DNA of 64,000 nucleotides from Giardia intestinalis (Eukaryota): NCBI GenBank assembly GCA_000002435.2, contig CM018793.1; one strand, 5' to 3'. Shown piece by piece: positions 56,750 to 64,000 of this stretch (position 1 is its first letter; each line of letters starts with the position of its first letter). The notes under the pieces were generated by a model. It saw only the letters and a program-made list of their open reading frames with translations, ran no database searches and was not told where the DNA came from. The position numbers and the translations under genes were made by a program.

Positions 56750-58399
56750 CTAGTCTTGGGATTCTAGTGCAGTGCAGAGGGCGCTGGTAAACTTATCATG
56801 AAAGTAACGGGCAGAGTATGTGTCTGCGGTCCAGCCGTTTATGTCGACCATTGAGCCTTCATCTATCAGAAGCGGTATGCACTCTACGTTGCCTTTCATT
56901 GCCGCATACATTAGTGCCGTACGCTGCTGCCTATCCTGCATCATTTTCTGTGTCGGAGCATACTTCTTGACCGCCTCGATGTCGTTGCAAAAGGAGGCCA
57001 CCATCAGGTCAGTCATTCCGATTAACTCTCGCTCCTTAGAGGATCGCATAAGAAGCTGTGCCGAGTTATAGAAGGCTAGCTGCAAAGCAATGTTGAGCGC
57101 GGTATCCTCGAACTCAGTCTTCAAGCCCGCCTCCTCCATGCAGAGAGAGACCAATTCTGTGTTATCACTTTGCAGAGCAGTCATCAGGGCGGTGGATCCA
57201 TCCTTCCTGACAATGAGCTTTTCATACGGAAACAAGCGGGTGGCTATATCCAAAAGACCGAGAGAAGTGGCGATAATGAGCGCCGTAGTGCCAAGATTGT
57301 CTTGCTTACGGGCTTCCTTAGAAATAAGGAGATCGACGGCTTCTCGACAGTTAGCCTCGACAGCAAACATAAGGGCAGTCTTCCCTGTTGAGCTTTGCAT
57401 TTCTGCTTCATGACTTATTAGTTCCTTGATCACATCTATATGCCCAGCCTGTGTTGCAAACATGAGGGCTGTCATGCCTTGGTTATCCCTTATGCCTTTC
57501 TCCTTTGGTATCAGCAGCCTGACCCCATTGAGGTCTCCGGCTCGAGCAGCAATCATCAGTGCTGTACGGCCCTCTGCGTTTGCCCAACTAGAGATCTTCG
57601 GTATCAAGGCTGCAGACTGGGCGACGGTTCCGGATAATGCAGCGAACATTAACGCAGTGTTATCGTTATCGTCAACATACTGAGCTTCATGTTTTGTGAG
57701 AATGTTAATGGCATCTGTACTCCCCTTCTTAGAGGCCCTCATCAACGCAGTTAGGAATCCATTGTCGCGCATGCCCACCTCCTTGAGCAAAAGACTCACG
57801 ATGCCACCATGATTATGTATGGCTGCAAACATTAGTGCTGTTATGCCACTGTTGTTCCGCATCTTTAGCTCATGTTTAACGAGAATCTTCACACACTCTA
57901 TGTGCCCAGCCAGCGCTGCAAACATCAATGCCGTCATGCCACCAGCCGCCTGACATTTTGCATACTGAATATACTGATGCACCGCTGCAACGTTGCCAAC
58001 GAACGACTCCCACATGAGGGGAGTGATCTTTGCCTTGGCCTGCTCAAGAGGGTAGAGCACCTCTGCTATCTTATGCTGTCTGTGCTGCATTGCAAGTTCT
58101 AAAGCAGTCATCCCATTGTCTGCGCTAATATTGACCTCATTCGAGAGGCACTGAAGGATTTCCACGGATCCCTTTTCAGTGGAATACATCAGCGCTGTGT
58201 AGCCCCTGCGGTCTCTCATGGTGGACTCATGAGGTGCAAGCAGTGAAACAGCGCCCAAGTGCCCGTGTGATGCCGAAATCATAAGTGCTGTGGTACCAGC
58301 AGCCGTAGCCTTTCGGTGACAATTTGTGAGACGGCGCAGGACAGCGACGTCTCCTGTCTCTGCAGCAGACATATAGGCCTGAAAGGCATCGTCCGTCAT
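56750..58399 (-). CDS. ankyrin-repeat protein (Protein 21.1 family, about 15 repeats)
   Basis: ATG at 58399-58397. Repeats G-x-TALM-x-A throughout (GTTALMISASHGH, GYTALMYSTEKGS, GMTALMFAALAGH, GITALMFAAIHNH, GRTALMIAARAGD, GKTALMFAVEANC...). Confidence 0.85.
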   Translation of the reverse strand: MTDDAFQAYMSAAETGDVAVLRRLTNCHRKATAAGTTALMISASHGHLGAVSLLAPHESTMRDRRGYTALMYSTEKGSVEILQCLSNEVNISADNGMTALELAMQHRQHKIAEVLYPLEQAKAKITPLMWESFVGNVAAVHQYIQYAKCQAAGGMTALMFAALAGHIECVKILVKHELKMRNNSGITALMFAAIHNHGGIVSLLLKEVGMRDNGFLTALMRASKKGSTDAINILTKHEAQYVDDNDNTALMFAALSGTVAQSAALIPKISSWANAEGRTALMIAARAGDLNGVRLLIPKEKGIRDNQGMTALMFATQAGHIDVIKELISHEAEMQSSTGKTALMFAVEANCREAVDLLISKEARKQDNLGTTALIIATSLGLLDIATRLFPYEKLIVRKDGSTALMTALQSDNTELVSLCMEEAGLKTEFEDTALNIALQLAFYNSAQLLMRSSKERELIGMTDLMVASFCNDIEAVKKYAPTQKMMQDRQQRTALMYAAMKGNVECIPLLIDEGSMVDINGWTADTYSARYFHDKFTSALCTALESQD

Positions 58400-58519
58400 A
58401 GACTACCTTTACCCCTAATAATTACAGGCGATTCAATCAACAAATAGTGCAATTTTTTCAATTTCCTCATTTTTGTGAACTTTTTACAAAAGAATCTGAC
58501 AAACTTTATCAGTGCAGGA

Positions 58520-60691
58520 ATGTTTAACTTCGGAACAAGCTCCTCTTCCACTTTGAATGCCAACCAAGACACAAAGCAGCCGGGCAACTTATCGTTTGGA
58601 AGCCTTAATCTTTCAACCGGAGATTCTCAAGGCTTCAATGTATTTTCATCTTGCATGCCCACGCTGGACATGGTCTTTAAGCGGGACAACGTACAGCCTG
58701 CTAACAACCAACTAGTAGATAGTAATCTTATGTTTGACTTTCGGCAACCTAAAGTCAATAACCCTCCCATTCAGCCTCCAGTGGCCACTTTGGCAATGAC
58801 TTCTGACTCAACTTGTCCAGCAACTCCAGAACCGCAGCCACCTTATGCTTCAGAGCTGTCTTCGGACCCCGCAAGATTAGCAGAATATATATCCAAGTAC
58901 GCCCAGACCGTTGGTTCATCCCTGTCCACCGCAGTCGTAAGGAAAGAAGTCTGCACTAATCCCATCATTAAAAGGTTCTCTCATTCATTAGTATCGTCAG
59001 ATAATTCTCGCGTTTATGGACTGCTTAATACATCCACAGGGGCAACTCTTCTTACCGTTGATATTGCACATAGAAATCAAGTATCCAAACAGAGATTAGA
59101 CATCACTGACTATATAACAGAACTTATTGTAGACCCATTCGATAATAATCTGATACTGTTTTCACAATCTTCTATGATCGTGCATCTTTTGAACCGCTCT
59201 ACTGGAAAAGTTATCAATTCATATTCACACACGTTTTCTTATTATCCCTATTTTTCTCAGCTTCATAGAAAAACATATCTCTTTTTGCTGATGCCGAATG
59301 AAGCCATAGCAGGAATTGCTATTTATATTTTAGATTTAAAGACACAAAATCTCCACCAATGCCCTGTCCCCATCTTCACCTTCGAGTTCCTAGACAAAGA
59401 AGTATGTAGACTAGCTGATAGTGATACGTACTCCTTCTCCAGCACCGATGTCACGCGAGCATACATCTGTCCCTTTGGAGCCTCAACAGATTGCCTAAAT
59501 ATGTCCTCATCAAATCAGCTACCTCAGTCTCAGTCATTTCTATTCGAGGAATCTGTCTTTTATGTCGGTCTAGAACTTTTGCTTCCTTCAAATGAAGTCG
59601 CGTTGGTTCACTCAATGGTAGGCCCTATTCTACTAGAACCGATTAAGCAGCGTATAGCCTCGCTATCAAAGATCAAGGCAAGCGACTCCATCAAGATGAT
59701 ATCTTCAGATAACTTTTCCGTCGATTTTTATCTGGTTCAGCAGATCCAGTCACTCGTCATTTCCAGCGAAGAACCTAAGCACCTCATCGGCATCATTCCA
59801 GTGGCTGTATGCTCCTTAGATGATGACGTTTATAGTCATTTCTTTCTGTGCATGAGCTGGGCAGGTAAGCAAACGTCGGCTTCTCTATATGAGCTTTGCG
59901 GGGCCGAAAACTTTTTGTATGAATGCAACAATCCCATCACAATTTCACTCCAGGATGCACTGTGTTCTTACAAAGACGAGGCCATCTGCATCCATCGTGT
60001 GACCGCGTTCAGAAGCTCTTTCAATACTAACGGAATTGGCGCCAAAATCCTTCTACTGGGTACTAAAACGATTGAGGACACGCTGCACGAGTTCACTGTG
60101 ACAGTTTTCAATGTTGCGAGTGCCTCCTTGGAAGAAACTGCAGTTACCATCCAGGGAGATTTCCCCGTCCTGCTTGGGTATGACCCTACCCATCATTTTA
60201 TTCTTTGTGCATCGGGAACCCTTGCATCGATATCTATCTTACGCATGACCTCTCAGCCTCCTGTTGCTTATGATCCTCTTGTGTTCAACCACTCTACCAC
60301 TCAAATGTCAACATCGTTACCTCAACAGACCACGAACTGGCTGTCTCGACTCTCGGCTAACAAGCTCTTTGAAGAGTCCCTGGCATATCTTAAAAGTACC
60401 CCTGTCACCCAGATAGACCCCGACACCTTGAACGCCAAATTGACGTCCCTTAATGAGGTTATTATTGCAGTACTTTCTCATTCTTTTCCGGGAGAATCGT
60501 CATTGATAAAAGCTCTCTTGAAAACAACCGAAAGTTTACTCGGACAGATCTTCAAAAATAACAATCTTCTATTGCAAGCAATGCAACAGATTGATACGAA
60601 CCTTGTGCAATTATCCTGTGAATGCATCTCTAACAGTAGCAGTATAGTAACAAAGAGTACTAACGACGATACCATAAGCAGCTACCTCTAA
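58520..60691 (+). CDS. hypothetical protein (723 aa)
   Basis: The track start at 58475 is a GTG; the first ATG is 58520 (MFNFGTSSSS...). Ser/Thr/Asn-rich N-terminus. No recognisable domain. Divergent from the ankyrin gene across a 120-nt A/T-rich spacer. Confidence 0.45.
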   Translation: MFNFGTSSSSTLNANQDTKQPGNLSFGSLNLSTGDSQGFNVFSSCMPTLDMVFKRDNVQPANNQLVDSNLMFDFRQPKVNNPPIQPPVATLAMTSDSTCPATPEPQPPYASELSSDPARLAEYISKYAQTVGSSLSTAVVRKEVCTNPIIKRFSHSLVSSDNSRVYGLLNTSTGATLLTVDIAHRNQVSKQRLDITDYITELIVDPFDNNLILFSQSSMIVHLLNRSTGKVINSYSHTFSYYPYFSQLHRKTYLFLLMPNEAIAGIAIYILDLKTQNLHQCPVPIFTFEFLDKEVCRLADSDTYSFSSTDVTRAYICPFGASTDCLNMSSSNQLPQSQSFLFEESVFYVGLELLLPSNEVALVHSMVGPILLEPIKQRIASLSKIKASDSIKMISSDNFSVDFYLVQQIQSLVISSEEPKHLIGIIPVAVCSLDDDVYSHFFLCMSWAGKQTSASLYELCGAENFLYECNNPITISLQDALCSYKDEAICIHRVTAFRSSFNTNGIGAKILLLGTKTIEDTLHEFTVTVFNVASASLEETAVTIQGDFPVLLGYDPTHHFILCASGTLASISILRMTSQPPVAYDPLVFNHSTTQMSTSLPQQTTNWLSRLSANKLFEESLAYLKSTPVTQIDPDTLNAKLTSLNEVIIAVLSHSFPGESSLIKALLKTTESLLGQIFKNNNLLLQAMQQIDTNLVQLSCECISNSSSIVTKSTNDDTISSYL

Positions 60692-60747
60692 TCGCTCACG
60701 GTTTTGTGGCTATAGTCAGCATACATGACTGATGCACCTACATGCTT

Positions 60748-62994
60748 TTAGAGCATCAAGGATTCATCTGTGATTTGATCTGCATCATCGTCATCCACAA
60801 CTCGGGACAGCTCTAGCTCCAGGCGCTTCGCGTCCATCAAAGAGTTGTCAAGTCGTGCGATCTCCTTCTTCATAGTGTAGATGTCACGCTTAGTGGATTC
60901 TGAAAAGTTGTGGGCCATGCTGTCAAGCTGCTTGCGAAGCAGTTCTATGGTCTGCTTATCTGTCTTGCTCTCGTCGTACAGTTGACGCTGCATTCGTTTG
61001 AACTTGTCTAGTTCTTTATTAAGTAGAATATTTTCATTTGACAAGTCATCAATGATTTGCGTAAAGTTTTCAATTGTATCCATGAGGCCTTGATTTGTGG
61101 CTGCTACGGTAGCATCACTTGACTGTTTGTGTTGATCTTCTTGTTGGTTTTGCTGCTGTACGATGCTGTTTGTGCCCATAAAGATACTGGTTGTGTTCTT
61201 AGGGCTCTGCGCTACCTCATTATATGGTGTCGAATTGATTAGGGTGCTATTGTAAACGTTTGTCTCATTATCTGGGATAGGTATTTTGGCATTGAGGTGT
61301 TCGGAGTCGTTAGTGCCAACTACTTGATCATAGACTATCTCAAAAGCCCTTGGGGACTGAAGGCGCTGGGCTGAAGCAGGTACAGATCTCGTTAGAATAG
61401 AAGCTAGACCATCAGGGCCATCAATATTGCCCTTGAATTCTTCTCCTTCTTTATTGGCAGTTGACTGTGAGAAAAAGGAGCTATCGCTGCTGTTCCAGCC
61501 CAGCGATCTATCGTGCTTTTGATTAAGCATAGTAAGTAGCTTGGATTGCATCTGCTTGCTATAGTTAATATATGTGTTTGCAGCCTTAGAATTTGACAGA
61601 GAGCTGATGGTATCGTTTGTATTGACAGCTTGCTCCGTGTGAGATTGCATGGAGTCTGTACTTGCAGTCCAATTGTCCCTAGCTGTTAGTGTACTATTGC
61701 TGCGTACGGGCCTAGAGACAGGTCTGGATGGTGAACGTGGAGATAAAGGATTCGTACCCATGGACTTTACAAAGCTGACAATTATCTCGTTGCAGAGTGT
61801 AGTGACATCTCCTCCCGCACGCTTGATGCGTGGCGGACTACTAGTGAACGAGTGGACAATATGTGCCTCATCTTTTGCCATTGTTTTAGGAAGAGAGGTA
61901 GGGGTAACAGTTGCTTGGCGGAGTGCTGTTGGAGTTTTTTGATATCGAGGGCCACCGGTGGATGACCGCGGAGGATCGCTGGATTGAGCCTGGGCATGGA
62001 CCTGGGCCTTGAGTTGCTTTTGCAGAGACTCTGCATCTCGACGAAGCTGGTTAATATTAGTAATATACGAGTCCTTGAATCTTTCCAGTTCATGTGCGCT
62101 GTTTTGTATTGACTGAGATATGGTCACATGCTCCTCCTTAAGCCTTGAGTTAACAGACCGGGACGACCGAAGAGGCGAGGATCTAGTCGGAATGGGCGAT
62201 ATAAACAAGGCTTTGTCTGTTCGTGCGTCTGATGGATTTAGGGAGTTAACAGAGCGACCCGTTAAAGGCCGTAACTCAGCAATGGATCGGAGCTCCTTGT
62301 AGGGACTCAAGGAGGTTCCCGCCTGACCGCAAAAATCTCTATATGCCTTCTCTATATTGGGGTACTTATGTGCTAGATACTGAATATACTCGGTGGTCTT
62401 AGGGTCAGATAAACACATGCCAACAACAGATACAAGCTTGTCACACCACGTATTGGCCTCCACTGGCTCGAGAATCTTTGCCGTGGATAGGTTATTGTGA
62501 TAAAGAGCAAGATAAAAGGCGGTTTCTTTGTGCGAGTTGACAAATCCGCCCTCCTGGGGGAGTAGTAGCTCAACCGCCTTGTTCTGGCCGCTTATCGAGG
62601 CCAGCATCAGAGCCGTACGATCCCGTGAATCCCGGCGCATTACCTCATTGGGGAGAATGATTTGGATGATCTTTGCATGGTCCCTTTCGGCAGCTATCAT
62701 AAGAGCAGTTTGCATTTCAGAATTCACGGCTGAGTGACCGCTAGCAGCAAGGATTATTGCCACGTCAACACAGTTATATAGAGCACATACCATGAGCGGT
62801 GTGAAAGCGCCATCTAAAATCAGGTTGCGCTCGTACGGAATTAAGAATGATGCAATATCCACACGGTTATGCTTTATCGCATACACAAGCCCTGTTTCGT
62901 TATGTTTGTTGCGGGTACCCCGGTACTTAGTTGCATTAGCACGCACGAACGTGATATCCCCTGCTCTGATGGCATTAAACCAAATTTGGCTCAT
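60748..62994 (-). CDS. ankyrin-repeat protein with a C-terminal coiled coil (Protein 21.1-like)
   Basis: ATG at 62994-62992 behind aaatctgtaaacaaaa. N-terminal ankyrin repeats (ETGLVYAIKHNRVDIASFL, MQTALMIAAERDHAKII, DRTALMLASISGQNKAV). The C-terminal 150 aa are coiled coil (LLNKELDKFKRMQRQLYDESKTDKQTIELLRKQLDSMAHNF...). Confidence 0.75.
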   Translation of the reverse strand: MSQIWFNAIRAGDITFVRANATKYRGTRNKHNETGLVYAIKHNRVDIASFLIPYERNLILDGAFTPLMVCALYNCVDVAIILAASGHSAVNSEMQTALMIAAERDHAKIIQIILPNEVMRRDSRDRTALMLASISGQNKAVELLLPQEGGFVNSHKETAFYLALYHNNLSTAKILEPVEANTWCDKLVSVVGMCLSDPKTTEYIQYLAHKYPNIEKAYRDFCGQAGTSLSPYKELRSIAELRPLTGRSVNSLNPSDARTDKALFISPIPTRSSPLRSSRSVNSRLKEEHVTISQSIQNSAHELERFKDSYITNINQLRRDAESLQKQLKAQVHAQAQSSDPPRSSTGGPRYQKTPTALRQATVTPTSLPKTMAKDEAHIVHSFTSSPPRIKRAGGDVTTLCNEIIVSFVKSMGTNPLSPRSPSRPVSRPVRSNSTLTARDNWTASTDSMQSHTEQAVNTNDTISSLSNSKAANTYINYSKQMQSKLLTMLNQKHDRSLGWNSSDSSFFSQSTANKEGEEFKGNIDGPDGLASILTRSVPASAQRLQSPRAFEIVYDQVVGTNDSEHLNAKIPIPDNETNVYNSTLINSTPYNEVAQSPKNTTSIFMGTNSIVQQQNQQEDQHKQSSDATVAATNQGLMDTIENFTQIIDDLSNENILLNKELDKFKRMQRQLYDESKTDKQTIELLRKQLDSMAHNFSESTKRDIYTMKKEIARLDNSLMDAKRLELELSRVVDDDDADQITDESLML

Positions 62995-63014
62995 TTTTGT
63001 TTACAGATTTAATC

Positions 63015-63677
63015 CTAATCCTTACGTAGCTCAAAGGTCCTCTCTTGGATTCCGTCGGCAGATATGCACATAGCAACAACTGAGTCTCCCGTATATATGT
63101 CACGTTCTGCACAGCTCCTAAATGCCGATTGAATCAGTTCAAAGGCAAACTCCCGAGTAATCTCGGCCTCGTTCTTTGACAATATGGCCTCGTCAAGTAT
63201 TGGGCATATCATGGCATTCCCTGTACCTGCAGAACCGTATCTGGTTCGCAAAGTTGAGCCAATTACGTCATATGAGTAGACAGCGCCCCTCCCTTCGGAG
63301 TCAATACCCGCCACAATGGATGATGTATACCAAGGGAAGGAGCGCCTGTAGTACATCATAGCGCTCAGCAATCTTATGAACTGCTCTATAGCTATCTCCT
63401 TTTGTGTCTTTAGATAATACTCTGTTGACTCTATCTTCATATGCTTGAGTAGTCGCTGCACATCCGCATGCATACCAGATGCGGCATAGACAATTTTATC
63501 TGTGACAGGAAAGACTTTACGGACATTACGAGAAAGGATGTTGTACCCCTCTGAAAGCCTAGTGTCTCCTGCAATCATGGCGAAGTCTGGCCCTGCAATG
63601 GCAATGATTGTTCCTCCATTGTCTATGTAAGGATCAAAATCGGGATCTTTTAACGGCGCATTCGACACCTCGGGCAT
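63015..63677 (-). CDS. PSMB1: 20S proteasome subunit beta type-1 (beta-6, non-catalytic, yeast Pre7 orthologue)
   Basis: GGTIIAIAGPDFAMIAGDTRLSEGYNILSRNVRKVF (human [36 protein letters not shown]). GRGAVYSYDVIGS (human GKGAVYSFDPVGS). C-terminal AERDIYTGDSVVAMCISADGIQERTFELRKD (human [31 protein letters not shown]). The track ORF runs to 63779; I start at ATG 63677-63675 (MPEVSNAPLKDPDFDPYIDNGGT) because it is preceded by aaaaataaaaaag and aligns with the PSMB1 N-terminus. Confidence 0.88.
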   Translation of the reverse strand: MPEVSNAPLKDPDFDPYIDNGGTIIAIAGPDFAMIAGDTRLSEGYNILSRNVRKVFPVTDKIVYAASGMHADVQRLLKHMKIESTEYYLKTQKEIAIEQFIRLLSAMMYYRRSFPWYTSSIVAGIDSEGRGAVYSYDVIGSTLRTRYGSAGTGNAMICPILDEAILSKNEAEITREFAFELIQSAFRSCAERDIYTGDSVVAMCISADGIQERTFELRKD

Positions 63678-64000
63678 CTTTTTTATTTTTGGTCCCTGCA
63701 CAGGATGAGCTATGAACCAGCCAACTACAAAACCGCCATTCCAAAAGATCTTCCGGCTCAGCGGGGCTTTCAGGACCATATAAATGGCATCTTTAATTCT
63801 GCAAGCCAGTGTTTACTCACCCTAGCAAGTCTCAAGCTTGCAAAGGACTCTCAGGATACAAGGCCCGGCGTGGTTGATAAAAGCCTTCTTAAAACAGTCC
63901 AGTCTAACCTGGATGTGCTACGCCGCCTGCTTGCGTGTATAGCTGCGGTTGACCACACTACATATATGATGGCACGTATCATGGACGTGGCAACCATGCT

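Noticed and set aside
1-64000. A prokaryotic reading of the window: operons, defence islands, CRISPR, restriction-modification or toxin-antitoxin.
   Set aside because: There are no Shine-Dalgarno contexts, no repeat-spacer arrays, no integrase, transposase or phage genes. The protein repertoire (VSP CRGKA tail, HCMP, TALM-ankyrins, NEK, MORN, VPS35, PSMB1, PRIM2) is eukaryotic and specifically diplomonad. The supposed undescribed system is therefore not a bacterial-style locus here.

Overview
This window is not prokaryotic. It looks like a gene-dense chromosomal segment of the diplomonad Giardia intestinalis (lamblia/duodenalis), with about 30 intron-less protein genes in 64 kb. The diagnostics are: (i) a variant-specific surface protein (VSP) ending in the invariant ...GFLCWWFLCRGKA tail, next to a CXXC-rich high-cysteine membrane protein (HCMP); (ii) five ankyrin proteins built from the Giardia 'G-x-TALM-x-AA' repeat (the 'Protein 21.1' family), one fused to a NEK-like pseudokinase and one to a C-terminal RING-HC finger; (iii) short A/T-rich initiator stretches directly abutting ATG codons, AGTRAAY polyadenylation signals at or overlapping stop codons, and intergenic spacers as short as 14-27 bp. 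The six-frame ORF track calls TTG/GTG as start codons; I re-set several starts to the first in-frame ATG, each of which sits behind an A/T-rich initiator. Recognisable housekeeping genes are retromer VPS35, DNA primase large subunit (PRIM2-like, 4Fe-4S), 20S proteasome beta-6 (PSMB1-like), a CMTR1/FtsJ-like cap 2'-O-methyltransferase, a MORN-repeat protein, and a bacterial-type family II (DHH/DHHA2) inorganic pyrophosphatase with CBS inserts. The most unusual structure is a roughly 1.5 kb GC-rich, ORF-less island (20.4-21.9 kb) immediately upstream of the VSP gene, plus a smaller GC-rich block 3' of it. No CRISPR, rRNA or convincing tRNA was found. One weak C/D-box-like ncRNA candidate lies in a 400-bp spacer. 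All calls come from reading the sequence and from remembered family signatures; no searches were run.
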